A stretch of DNA of 64,000 bases from Chloroflexota bacterium (GCA_019239775.1 JAFAZN010000231.1:12741-76740), one strand, 5' to 3'. Shown: positions 48,866-58,774, counted from the first letter of the stretch. The notes: generated by a model from the sequence alone, not told the origin. Made by a program: numbers and translations.

Positions 48866-51800
48866 GCCGCTTTCGGCAATTGGAGCAGTTCGAAGGCCTT
48901 CCGGGCGCGGTCCAGTGCGGCGTCCAGCTGCGGAACCAGTAGCTCGCACCCGTCCAGCTCGCCAGCGCGGCCGCGCTGTTCGAGTTCGCGGCAGAGCACC
49001 GCCACCTCGAGCGCGCCGACACTCGCAGCGTCGCCCTTGAATGCGTGCGCTGCCTTATGTAGTGCAGTTGAATCGCCGCCAGAAACCGCGGCCCTGACGT
49101 GTTCAAAACGTGATGCCGTTTCCTCGAAGAAGATGCTCAAGAGATTATCCCGCAAGCTGGCGGGCAGTGTCTCCAGGGTGGCTTTATCGAGCGCCTCAGG
49201 TTTTGGTTCCGGAGCGGGCGGCCCCTCGACATCGGGTGCGGCTGTTGCTCCAGCACAGCGTGCGAGGGCGGCCGACAAGTCGTCGAGACGCACAGGCTTG
49301 GACACGTAGTCATCCATCCCGGCCTCGATGCACCGCTCTCGGTCGCCGGCCATGGCGTTAGCCGTCATGGCGATGATGGGTAGCCGAGGCCCAGAGCCCT
49401 GGCGATTGCGAATCTCACGCGTGGCACCGAAACCGTCCATCTCTGGCATCTGACAGTCCATCAATACCACGGCATAGGTGGTACTTTCGATCGCTTCGAG
49501 CGCTTCGAGACCGTTGTTGACAACGTCGGCTTCCAGTCCGAGCTTGGCGAGCAAACCGAGCGCCACCATCTGGTTGACCTTGGAGTCCTCCGCCACCAGC
49601 AGTCTGCCCGGCAGATGCAGGGTTGGTCGTTGCTGCATGAGCCTGTTGCGTAGTGGCGCAATGGCTTGGGAACCCTGAAATGCCTCCGCGAGCACGTCGA
49701 ACAATTGCGATGGGCGGATTGGCTTGGTCACCTGGCCTGCGACGCGCAAGCCGTGTTCCGGCTCGCCTTGCAGACCCAGGAGCACCAGTTTGACCGTGCT
49801 CAGCGCCGGGTCCTCCGCGACGACGCGTTCGAGCTCTCCGCCATCGGTGCTCGCGATCCGCACGTCCACGAGGCAGGCAGCAAACGGCTGCTGGAGATCG
49901 ACTGCGCTGCGCAAAGCCACCAGCGCGGCACTTGAGCTCTCGGCCTCATCGGCGACCATTCGCCAGGCGGCCAGGTGGTCGCGCAGCATCTCGCGACTGG
50001 CTCGACTCTCATCAACGATCAGGACACGCCGGCCTTCGAACGCCGAAAAGTCAGTCACGTCCTCCGCTTGTGGGCCGGCCTCGAAAGATGCGGTGAACCA
50101 GAACGTGCTGCCGTGGCCGAGCTCGCTGTCAACGCCGATCTCGCCGTCCATCATATCCACGAGTCGGCGGCAGATCGCGAGGCCGAGTCCCGTGCCGCCA
50201 AACTGGCGGGTAGTCGACCCGTCCGCTTGCACGAAAGGCTGGAACAGACGTTCGCGGCTCTCTTGGCTGATGCCGATGCCGGTATCAGACACCTCGAAGC
50301 GCACCTTGACGCAATCGTGATCGTTCTCGACGATCCGCGCTCGCACGACGACTTCGCCCTGATGCGTGAACTTCACCGCGTTCCCGGCCAGGTTGAGCAG
50401 AATCTGCCGCAACCGAGTTGGGTCGCCGCGAAGCGTTCTCGGGATGTCATGACCGATCACGCAAGCCAGCTCGACGCCCTTCTTGTATGCCGCCTTGCCG
50501 AGCAACTCGGCCACATCTTCCGCGACGTCGCGCACGTCCATGTCGACCCGTTCCAGGACGAGCTTGCCCGCTTCAATCTTCGAGAAGTCGAGTATATCGT
50601 TGATCAATGTCAGTAGCGCCTCACCCGACCTGCTAAGTGCCTCGACGTATCCAACCTGCCGAGGCGTCAGATCGGTGTCCAGCAGCAGCTCAGTCATGCC
50701 GATCACACCATTCATCGGCGTGCGGATTTCATGGCTCATGGTCGCCAGGAACTCGCTCTTCGCGCGACTCGCATCGAGCGCTGCGTCGCGAGCTTCGGCC
50801 AGCGCCAGCAGCATCACCTCGCGCTCGGTGAGATCTGTGACCGCCATCACCAGTCCTTCGAATTCTGTGCTTTTGAAGCGCGCCGCGACGGTGATCAAGG
50901 CGCGGAAAGTGGATCCGTCCAGGCGCGTCAGCTGCGCGTCGAAGCTGCCGATTTCGGTGCCCCAATCGCGCAGGTCGATCGCCGTGAGCGCTTCGCGATC
51001 CTCATCGCAGTAGAAGTCGAGGACCGACTTTCCGAGCAAGTCCTCCGAATTGCAGCCGAGCATCTGGGCAAGTGCGGGGTTCGCGTATAAGAAGTGGCCG
51101 CCCGGCCCGGTGACACCCAGGCCCTGCGCCATCGTAGTGAGCACTAGCTGGGCGAAATCACGCTCGTCCTGCAGTTTGGTCTCGGCTTCTTTGCGTTCGG
51201 TGACGTCGTGGCTGACGACCACGAAATGAGTCACCGCGTCGAGCTCCCCGCGCACGGGTGTGATTGTCATTTCCTCGTTGTAAGGCGTTCCATCCTTGCG
51301 GCGGTTGACAATCACGCCCTTCCAACTTCGCCCGGCTAGCACCGTTCGGCGGATGTCGGCATAGACCTCGGGCGACTCGGGTTCGGACTTCAACATGCTG
51401 AGCGCGTGACCGCGCGCCTCTTCCACTGTGTAGCCCGTCAACTCCGAGAATGCCGCGTTGGCCCATTCGATCGCTCCCTGGCCATCCGTCAAGACGATCG
51501 CGTTGGCGCTCGCCTCCAATGCCGTGGTCAGGAGTTGTTGCCGAGCAGCAGACTGACGCTGCGCAGTAATGTCGCGCGCGATGGCTTCGAAGCCAACCAG
51601 CGTGCCGCCATCATCGACGACCATCTGGACGTGCTGGCCAAGCCAGAGGAGTTCGCCGTCAGACCGTGCGCACGGGAACTCGTAGTAGGTGCTGACGACG
51701 CGGTCGCGGACCTGTCGTCTGTAAAAGCGGGCGGCTTCACGACGAAAATCGCTGTGGATCAACTCCAGGTAATGACGGCCCAGGATCTCTTCAGAGGTGT

Positions 51801-52962
51801 AGCCGGTCACCTGGGTAGCGACAGGGTTGGCGAAGGTGAAACGGCCACGCCCATCGGTGCGATAGATGATGTCTCGGGCGTGTTCAACCAGGTGAACGGT
51901 GCGCGCCTCGTTTTCGCGCGCTCTCTCCGCTATGTCTTGAAATTGCCGCACCTCGACCTGCACGTCGTCGGCCATCGAGTCGAATGCATGGCGAAACCTC
52001 CGTGCGAGGCGACGCCACCACAAGAAGCTGAATAAGACAATCGCCGCAGAGACCAGCGCTCCGAGCACCAGTTGGCGTGTCGCTGACTCGTAGTCCGAGC
52101 CAGTGACCAGGTCGCTGGGTTCCGTGACCACGGCTGCCCACGGTGTGCTCGCGACCCTGGTTGAGGCCTCTAGCCAATCACGGCCGTCTGCCGCCAGCAC
52201 GTGCCGGGTCGCGTCCTCGCCACGCAGGTCGTCGAGTAGATCATGATTGACTTCGGTCGCCCACAGGGCCGGGGCCTTGCTCTGTCCCAGGACGGCGCCA
52301 GTGCGCAGATCGACCAGCGATGCCGAAGCGCCACGGGGTAGGTCGAGCGTGCTCCATCCGGCTAGTGAGCCGCCCAGGCGCAACCCAGCAACGATGTATC
52401 CGTGATGCAAGCCATTTGGCTCGTCGATGGGCACCGCGATCGGCAGGAGCACGGGTGTGCCTGGGTCGGCGAGCTGCATTTGAGTGGGGTCACCGAAGGC
52501 GATCATGTGGGTCGCCGCAGCGTCCTCAACGTACGGGCTCGACGTGAAGTCGGCGCGCGCCTCCACGGGTGCGTCGACCGAATGCCCGTGATCCATAAGG
52601 TCTTCGCCAACAAAGGTGAGACCGGAGAACAGCTCTGAGTTTCCGTTCATCGCGACAAGAAGCGCGTCGCGGCTGGCGTCTGTGCCATCCCAGAAGCCGG
52701 GCAGACGCGCGGCAGTGGCGCTCGCACGGCGCAACTGGTCGACTACGTCCACCAGTTGCACAGCCGCGGACCTGGTCTGGAGCGACGCTTGCCGTAGGGC
52801 CGTTGCTTCCGCGTCCTGCTTGGCTCGGTGGATTCCCAACAGAGTGCCCGTACAGCTGAGCAGCAACATTGCTCCGATCAGGCAGGCAAAGCGTGCCCCG
52901 ACCGACAGGCGGCCCTGATTGAACTGCGCCAAGCCGCGCGTCAGATGCGGTGTGGACTTCAT
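48862..52962 (-). CDS. hybrid sensor histidine kinase: TM, extracytoplasmic Cache-like region, TM, multiple PAS, HisKA, HATPase, REC, REC, Hpt
   Basis: H-box FLATMSHEIRTPMNGV, N-box LLNLAGNAVKFT, G-boxes DTGIGIS and GGTGLGLAI, REC VVLMDCQMPEMDG...YVSKPV, Hpt HKAAHAFKGDAASVG. 1366 aa. Confidence 0.9.
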   Translation of the reverse strand: MKSTPHLTRGLAQFNQGRLSVGARFACLIGAMLLLSCTGTLLGIHRAKQDAEATALRQASLQTRSAAVQLVDVVDQLRRASATAARLPGFWDGTDASRDALLVAMNGNSELFSGLTFVGEDLMDHGHSVDAPVEARADFTSSPYVEDAAATHMIAFGDPTQMQLADPGTPVLLPIAVPIDEPNGLHHGYIVAGLRLGGSLAGWSTLDLPRGASASLVDLRTGAVLGQSKAPALWATEVNHDLLDDLRGEDATRHVLAADGRDWLEASTRVASTPWAAVVTEPSDLVTGSDYESATRQLVLGALVSAAIVLFSFLWWRRLARRFRHAFDSMADDVQVEVRQFQDIAERARENEARTVHLVEHARDIIYRTDGRGRFTFANPVATQVTGYTSEEILGRHYLELIHSDFRREAARFYRRQVRDRVVSTYYEFPCARSDGELLWLGQHVQMVVDDGGTLVGFEAIARDITAQRQSAARQQLLTTALEASANAIVLTDGQGAIEWANAAFSELTGYTVEEARGHALSMLKSEPESPEVYADIRRTVLAGRSWKGVIVNRRKDGTPYNEEMTITPVRGELDAVTHFVVVSHDVTERKEAETKLQDERDFAQLVLTTMAQGLGVTGPGGHFLYANPALAQMLGCNSEDLLGKSVLDFYCDEDREALTAIDLRDWGTEIGSFDAQLTRLDGSTFRALITVAARFKSTEFEGLVMAVTDLTEREVMLLALAEARDAALDASRAKSEFLATMSHEIRTPMNGVIGMTELLLDTDLTPRQVGYVEALSRSGEALLTLINDILDFSKIEAGKLVLERVDMDVRDVAEDVAELLGKAAYKKGVELACVIGHDIPRTLRGDPTRLRQILLNLAGNAVKFTHQGEVVVRARIVENDHDCVKVRFEVSDTGIGISQESRERLFQPFVQADGSTTRQFGGTGLGLAICRRLVDMMDGEIGVDSELGHGSTFWFTASFEAGPQAEDVTDFSAFEGRRVLIVDESRASREMLRDHLAAWRMVADEAESSSAALVALRSAVDLQQPFAACLVDVRIASTDGGELERVVAEDPALSTVKLVLLGLQGEPEHGLRVAGQVTKPIRPSQLFDVLAEAFQGSQAIAPLRNRLMQQRPTLHLPGRLLVAEDSKVNQMVALGLLAKLGLEADVVNNGLEALEAIESTTYAVVLMDCQMPEMDGFGATREIRNRQGSGPRLPIIAMTANAMAGDRERCIEAGMDDYVSKPVRLDDLSAALARCAGATAAPDVEGPPAPEPKPEALDKATLETLPASLRDNLLSIFFEETASRFEHVRAAVSGGDSTALHKAAHAFKGDAASVGALEVAVLCRELEQRGRAGELDGCELLVPQLDAALDRARKAFELLQLPKAA

Positions 52963-53105
52963 TGCGTCGGCGGGCTCCGGCTTCAGGTATCGGCACGTCA
53001 GGACGCCAGCTTGAGCCCGTCCGGCCTATCAACGACTAGCGGCTAGCCCGATGGTGACTTGCGGCTCTCGGGATTGTGACCGCTCGAAACGAGAATCGAA
53101 ATGGC

Positions 53106-54371
53106 ATGTCGGACCGGTTCAAGGGCCAATCCATCGTCGAGTTTGCCCTCATGGTCCCCGTGCTGCTCGTCCTGGCGTTAATCACTCTCGACGTTGGGCG
53201 TCTGTACGTCTTCTGGGTGGACCTGTCGAACGCCGCGCGCGAAGGCGCGTACGTGGCCTCGATCGCCTATTCGGGCGCCACGCCGAACGCAACGGTCGTC
53301 GACGCGGTCATCAACGAGAATCCCTCGCTGGGCCTTCAGGCCAGCCAGGTCAGCGTGAGCTACCTGTCCGCCGGCACCATCGTCAGCGTCCAGGTGAGCT
53401 ATCCGTTCCAGCCGATCGCCCCCCTGGTGCGCAGCGTGTTCGGCAACTCGCTGTCTGTCACCGCCAGCGCCGAGTTCCCGGTCCGACTCCAGCCAACCGT
53501 TGCGCCGACCGTGGCGCCCAGCACGGCGACACCTACCTCGACGCCTATACCAACAGCGACCAACACGCCAACCGCAACGCCGTCTCCGACTAATACGCCG
53601 ACCGCGACGGCCACGCCCACCAACACCCCAACTGCCACGCCGTCTCCGACCAATACGCCGACCGCGACGGCCACGCCCACCAACACGCCAACCGCAACGC
53701 CGTCTCCAACCAACACCCCAACCGCGACGACCAGACCAACGAATACGCCGACGTCGACCAACACGCCTACTCCAACGAACACACCCACCAAAACGCCGAC
53801 CCCAACAAATACACCGACAAACACCCCGTCACCAACCCCGTCGCCGACCAATACGCCAAGCCCGACGCCGACGCCGGTCGCTACCGTCGTTCTCGTCGGC
53901 GACACCACCATCGAGTCGCAAGATGACAGCATCTCGGGCGGTACTGCGTACGCCTATGTGTTCCAGGCCCAAGCCACCGGTACGAGCGGCAGAGCGCACA
54001 TCTATGTGGCCGCAGGCAGTGCCATCAGCAAGGTCATCGTAGGTCTCTACGCTGACGGCGGCGGACAGCCGGGTACGCTGCTCGGTACGACGTCGATCAG
54101 TGCACCGGCCGTAGGCGCCTGGAACACCGCTGCGCTCCCCGGTGTCACGGTGAGCAATGGCAATCTCTACTGGATCGCGGTGCTACCTATCGGCAACCAC
54201 GTGGTTGTCGAAGACCGTCCTGCCGATTTCTTCTGGTTGCTGTGGTGGTTCCTCAATGGCTCGCCGCCGGCTGAAGCGAGTTCCTCGAGCACGCTCACAG
54301 CGCTGCCCGCGACGTGGGCCGCGGGCAGCGACGCGTTCGCCTACTACGTCTCGGCCTACGTCACCAATTGA
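53106..54371 (+). CDS. TadE-like pseudopilin with a prepilin motif, long Pro-Thr linker and ~170-aa C-terminal globular domain
   Basis: [32 protein letters not shown] (G/xxxxEF), NAAREGAY, then ([10 protein letters not shown])n, then a beta-rich C-domain ([15 protein letters not shown]...[10 protein letters not shown]). GTG at 53076 is an alternative start. Confidence 0.75.
   Translation: MSDRFKGQSIVEFALMVPVLLVLALITLDVGRLYVFWVDLSNAAREGAYVASIAYSGATPNATVVDAVINENPSLGLQASQVSVSYLSAGTIVSVQVSYPFQPIAPLVRSVFGNSLSVTASAEFPVRLQPTVAPTVAPSTATPTSTPIPTATNTPTATPSPTNTPTATATPTNTPTATPSPTNTPTATATPTNTPTATPSPTNTPTATTRPTNTPTSTNTPTPTNTPTKTPTPTNTPTNTPSPTPSPTNTPSPTPTPVATVVLVGDTTIESQDDSISGGTAYAYVFQAQATGTSGRAHIYVAAGSAISKVIVGLYADGGGQPGTLLGTTSISAPAVGAWNTAALPGVTVSNGNLYWIAVLPIGNHVVVEDRPADFFWLLWWFLNGSPPAEASSSSTLTALPATWAAGSDAFAYYVSAYVTN
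53527..53878 (+). repeat. Coding tandem repeat (Pro-Thr linker) containing three ~60-bp units at 53560, 53620 and 53680
   Basis: Units 53560-53619 and 53620-53679 differ at only a handful of positions. Flanking copies are more degenerate. Confidence 0.9.
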
Positions 54372-54413
54372 CGGTGGGCCGGCATCAGCAGGTGAGCCAG
54401 CCCTGCCGTCCGA

Positions 54414-57167
54414 TCAGCTTGCGTCCGCCCGCGCCAGTATCTCCGCGATCACACGCCCCGGGACCCGCCAGTTCGGCTCTGTCGGCCGATGGTTGTTCGG
54501 CGCGTTTCGATCATTGAAATACACCAACGCTCGCACCAGGGGATACTCCGAGAGCGCGTTCAGTCCGCTCTCGAGCCAGGTGCGCTGCTCATCCTCCGTT
54601 CCAGATGTGCCGACTTCCGCGAGTAGGACCGGTTTGCCCAGGTTTGCCACCTCGGCGTAGCGCGGTTGCAAGATCTGGGACAGGGAGCGCGGCGTCTCAA
54701 AGCCCATGTCCCAGTCCCATTCGGCGTCCCCGAGCACCGTCAGGCCAACATAGTCGACCACGTCCGCACCGGGGTCGTACGCGGTGGCCCCCGCCTCCCC
54801 GGCCGGCGACCACACCCAGCGCGCATTCGTCGCGCCTTCGGCTCTGAAGACACTGACTACATGACGGAACGCCGCGCGATAGCTGTTCGGGTCGTTCGCC
54901 GACCATGGATACAGTCCACTCAAATCCATTTCTTGACCCCAGCGCAGTAGGACGACCTGTGGCTGCCGTTCCGCGACGAGCCGAGCTGCCGCACGCAGCT
55001 CATCGTCCGCCAGTCCCCAGCTCACCCGCTCGAGAACGGGCATGTGCTCACGGTGCGGGAAGGGCTCGATCGTGATCATAGGCACGCGGCCCGATTTGGC
55101 GGCGTGGTCCAGGGCGTCGGCAAACAGGCGGGGATCGTCCTGACGGACGTACCAGTGCTCGATGCCGAGCTGGAGATCAGCGCCGTCCTGCCAAGGGTCA
55201 TAGGCGCCGATCAGTATCCGGCTATCCGACGCCTGGATCTGGTTCAGTGCCGGCGGATTGATGGGCGCTTCTTTCTGCGGCGCAACGGGAACCGGCTCAT
55301 TCTCAATAGCCTCGGCCAGGTCCGCCCTAGCCTGAGCAGTCGCGATCCTCGATTCGTGGTCGCGAGAAGAGGCCGCAACGGATTCGGTCGACTCTAAAAC
55401 TTGACGTGCGGCGGACGCGCCCGGAGAGAGGGCATCGGACGCGGCGTCACTGCTGTTCCAAACCGCGGCGGCGACCAGCAAATCGTGGCTTGCGCACGCG
55501 GTAAGGGCCAAGCTGCAGGAAACGACAGCAACCGTGGCGAGCATCGAGCCCCGCAGACGCAGTGCTCGCACCCGACTTTGTCCTCGTCGATGCAACTCGA
55601 GCAGGTCCATGCTGACGTTTGTTACGACGACCCACAGCATGTAGGCGGCCCCCAGCAACGCGAACGCCACGTACCCGTCGACCTGATCATCGGTGTCCGA
55701 CAGTAGATAGCGCCAGACAATGCCGAGGCCGATCACGACCATCGACAAGTAGACCGCTTGTGACCTGAGGCTGAAAACGGGTACTGCGGCGGTTTCGCCT
55801 TTTGGCGTAATCATGTACGGGTGGCGAATGTGCAGTACTGCGTTGACCAGTGCCCACAACACAATCGGCCAGCGGGCTATGTGCAGCACGATTCCGCGCC
55901 AGGAGAGTCCGAGCCCTTGCGGGAGCTGCCAGCGCCGCGTCCAGCGCCAAGCGACATAGGCGGTAAGTGCCTGCGGCATGCTCGCCGCGCCGAACTGCCA
56001 CAGCACCGATCGAGCCGGCTGGCGGCCCGTTAAGAGCGCAAGAAGGGGTATCCCGAACAGCACGAGCATGCTGGCCGACCAGAGCGGATACCACGTTTCG
56101 GCGAATAGAACCTGCACCGCCTGACCAAAGCGGTACCGACTGACGAGGCGCGGCGTGAAACTAAACAGCACTTGGATCATCGACAGCGCCCAAGCAAATT
56201 GCTGGCGCAGGTAGGTTTCGAAAGTCTCGGGTCCGTCGCCTACAGCTAGGGTCTCAGGGACGAACACACCTCGGTACCCATGCGCTGCGAGCACCACGGT
56301 ATCGAGATGGTCCTCGGCGCGCGTCGGTTGAAAGCCGCCGATCTCGTTGATCGCACTTGTGCGATAAGTGGAGTGCGACCCGATGATGAACGGGGTTTCA
56401 GAGTGCCCGAAGAAGCCGCGCTGGAGCGGGCCCTGGAGCACCAACTCTTGCTCAGCGGCGCCGCGAGCAACCCAGCTTTGGCCGACGTTGCCGTATAGCG
56501 ATGGCGCCTGGACCCAGGCGATACGGCTGTCCGCGAAATAACCCAACACCCGATGGATGTACTCGGGGTACGGCCGGTGGTCGATGTCGAACTGTGCGAA
56601 AAAGTCGTATGCCGCGCCGTGTGCGTCCAGCCAGGCATTGACGTTGCCCGCCTTGGTCTTGGCCTTGTACGGCGGCCGTGGTTGGTTGTAGTGCTCGATG
56701 CCCCGACGCGAGAAATACCTCACCCCAAAACGAGCCGCACTGGCTTGCACACGTGGATCGTTGCCTTCGTCCAGAATCCACGAGTCGTGCGGGTACCTGA
56801 CGTCGGCGAGTGCGGCGAGTTGCCGCTCGATGACGTCGAGTGTCTCCTGCGCGGGCACGCATAACGTGATGAGCGCGACGCGTCGACCGCAGGGAGCTGG
56901 CATGTGCCGCGGTCGCCGCATACGACCCACGAAGAACAGGTACATGCTGGGCAGGACCGTAGCCTCGTACGCCCAAGCCGCTGTGAACAATCCGTATAGC
57001 AGCAAGTCCCCGGCGTTACCGGGGCGCAGCCACCATGCCCAGAAGATGCTGTTGCCCGCGATCCACACGACGACCATCAGCCAATAGACAACCGCGTCAC
57101 CGTGGGTGAGAACTGCCTCCGATCGCACGCGTGCGCTTAGGTTCGGTGCGGTGTCGACCCCTCGCAA
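54414..57167 (-). CDS. processive GT2 (cellulose-synthase-like) glycosyltransferase fused via TM helices to a C-terminal GH26-like glycoside hydrolase domain
   Basis: ILDEGND, QFDIDHRP, FIIGSHSTYR, TRAEDHLDT and QQFAWA (QxxRW position) in the N-terminal half. The C-terminal half has LLRWGQEMD and VLLAEVGTSG, paralogous to the GH26-like protein at 57308. Confidence 0.8.
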   Translation of the reverse strand: MRGVDTAPNLSARVRSEAVLTHGDAVVYWLMVVVWIAGNSIFWAWWLRPGNAGDLLLYGLFTAAWAYEATVLPSMYLFFVGRMRRPRHMPAPCGRRVALITLCVPAQETLDVIERQLAALADVRYPHDSWILDEGNDPRVQASAARFGVRYFSRRGIEHYNQPRPPYKAKTKAGNVNAWLDAHGAAYDFFAQFDIDHRPYPEYIHRVLGYFADSRIAWVQAPSLYGNVGQSWVARGAAEQELVLQGPLQRGFFGHSETPFIIGSHSTYRTSAINEIGGFQPTRAEDHLDTVVLAAHGYRGVFVPETLAVGDGPETFETYLRQQFAWALSMIQVLFSFTPRLVSRYRFGQAVQVLFAETWYPLWSASMLVLFGIPLLALLTGRQPARSVLWQFGAASMPQALTAYVAWRWTRRWQLPQGLGLSWRGIVLHIARWPIVLWALVNAVLHIRHPYMITPKGETAAVPVFSLRSQAVYLSMVVIGLGIVWRYLLSDTDDQVDGYVAFALLGAAYMLWVVVTNVSMDLLELHRRGQSRVRALRLRGSMLATVAVVSCSLALTACASHDLLVAAAVWNSSDAASDALSPGASAARQVLESTESVAASSRDHESRIATAQARADLAEAIENEPVPVAPQKEAPINPPALNQIQASDSRILIGAYDPWQDGADLQLGIEHWYVRQDDPRLFADALDHAAKSGRVPMITIEPFPHREHMPVLERVSWGLADDELRAAARLVAERQPQVVLLRWGQEMDLSGLYPWSANDPNSYRAAFRHVVSVFRAEGATNARWVWSPAGEAGATAYDPGADVVDYVGLTVLGDAEWDWDMGFETPRSLSQILQPRYAEVANLGKPVLLAEVGTSGTEDEQRTWLESGLNALSEYPLVRALVYFNDRNAPNNHRPTEPNWRVPGRVIAEILARADAS

Positions 57168-57307
57168 CGTGAGCAGTCATTGTGCAAGTAACCTGCCAGG
57201 CTTCGGTGGACGTCGCCAGCTGAACACCGCTCGCGCGGGGGATCCCCCATCAGGGGGCTGTATTGACCCCTGTGGGGCGGGATGCACACACACCGACGCG
57301 GCGATGC

Positions 57308-58390
57308 TTGAATGTGAATACTCGAGCGGGCTGGCTGGTGGCGCTGCTGTTGTGCCTTAGCACGGCGCTGACGGCTGACCTAGCGTATGCTGCCGGCGTC
57401 GATGCCACGGCAGCTACCGACCTTCAGACTGCGGCCGCACCTGACCTGAGTCGTCCGCCAGTGCCGTACTCAGCCAACGACTCGGCGGTCGCACTTGGCA
57501 TTTATCGTCCGAGTCTGCCTGACGACCTTTCTTCTCTCGCTGTTGAGGAGCGTGCCCTCACACACCCGGTGTCGATTGTCCACTGGTTTGCGCTTTGGGG
57601 AGGCTGGAAGAGCGCCTTCAGTCGCACCGATCTGGATGTGGTGAGTGCGCACGGTTCTTTGCCGATGATCACCTGGGAGCCGTGGGCAGGGGTCGGCGCC
57701 GACCCGAGCTGGTCGCTCAAGTCGGCCATTTTGTCGGGCCGTATGGACGCATACATCGCGTCCTGGGCGGAGGGTATGGCTGCGTACGGCAAACCTGTGC
57801 TACTGCGATTCGCCCACGAAATGCACAACCAGCCGAACTACGCGTGGGCGGTGGGTGTAAATGGCAACACGGCCGCCGATTACGTGGCGGCATGGAGATA
57901 TGTCCGCGGGTTCTTCCAGCGTGCAGGGGCCACCAACGTGTTGTGGGTGTGGAATCCGAATACTCTCGGCGATGCGCCCGCGCTTTCGTACTCGTCTGTG
58001 TATCAGTCCCTATACCCGGGCGATGACGAGGTCGACTACGTCGGTCTTGATATCTACAACACCGGTCCGGCCCTCAACTGGGGGGCGCCGTACTGGCGGA
58101 GCTTCGCTGCCGCGTTGTCCCAGCCCTACGCAGCGATCACGAGTGTCTCATCGAGGCCGGTGATTCTGCCTGAGGTCAGCTCAGGTGAAGTTGGCGGATC
58201 GAAGGCAGCCTGGATACAGGCTGCCTTAACGAGCGGCCTGAATCAGTTTCCGAAAGTTCGCGCGCTGGTTTGGTTTGACGTGAACAAAGAGCTGCCCTGG
58301 AACTTGGGCTCGAGCGACTCGAGTCTAGCCGCCTGGTTAGCGGTGAGCGGGTCGCAACGTTTCGACGTTGGCCCTACCGTTCCCAGCTGA
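57308..58390 (+). CDS. secreted GH26-like glycoside hydrolase
   Basis: Signal-like WLVALLLCLSTALTADLAYAAG. LLRFAHEMHNQPNYAW and VILPEVSSGE (candidate acid/base and nucleophile Glu). Start is TTG 57308 or GTG 57314; the track start at 57263 is less likely. Confidence 0.75.
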   Translation: MNVNTRAGWLVALLLCLSTALTADLAYAAGVDATAATDLQTAAAPDLSRPPVPYSANDSAVALGIYRPSLPDDLSSLAVEERALTHPVSIVHWFALWGGWKSAFSRTDLDVVSAHGSLPMITWEPWAGVGADPSWSLKSAILSGRMDAYIASWAEGMAAYGKPVLLRFAHEMHNQPNYAWAVGVNGNTAADYVAAWRYVRGFFQRAGATNVLWVWNPNTLGDAPALSYSSVYQSLYPGDDEVDYVGLDIYNTGPALNWGAPYWRSFAAALSQPYAAITSVSSRPVILPEVSSGEVGGSKAAWIQAALTSGLNQFPKVRALVWFDVNKELPWNLGSSDSSLAAWLAVSGSQRFDVGPTVPS

Positions 58391-58477
58391 AGCGCACTTT
58401 TGCCTAAAAGCGAAACTCTGCATCGAGCGGCTCGCCACGTGGCACTCTTCACGCTACGCTGAAGAATCAATCTCGAT

Positions 58478-58774
58478 ATGACGTTCAAACGCCCAACGCC
58501 TCGCGATGCCGCCCGCCAGCCGGATACGTCCAACGCAGCACATGACCAGACGCAGCGCTCGCCTTATAGCGCGCGAGCGCTTGGCATCCGCGCTGAGTTA
58601 GGAAGTCGATTACAGGAATTGCGGCTGATGCAACTCGAACTAGAGCGCCACGGCGGTAGCCGGGAGGACTCTGCGACCGTGGTTGACGCTGCCAAACATG
58701 TCGAGGCTGCCATGGCAGCACTCTCGCGAGTGGGTGGCGGTGGCCACGATCAGAACGCGACACCGAAAGAATGA
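58478..58774 (+). CDS. hypothetical 98-aa protein (weak call)
   Basis: ORF with A/T-ending codons atypical for this genome. No SD and no family recognised. Confidence 0.3.
   Translation: MTFKRPTPRDAARQPDTSNAAHDQTQRSPYSARALGIRAELGSRLQELRLMQLELERHGGSREDSATVVDAAKHVEAAMAALSRVGGGGHDQNATPKE

Noticed and set aside
53399-53932. CRISPR-like or independent coding interpretation of the 53.5-53.9 kb and 63.1-63.3 kb repeats, including the antisense ORFs 53399-53932, 53500-54042, 62642-63523 and 62922-63368
   Set aside because: The repeats are contiguous with no unique spacers. They lie in frame inside long ORFs encoding PT or STSP linkers. The antisense or alternate-frame ORFs are by-products of the repeat.
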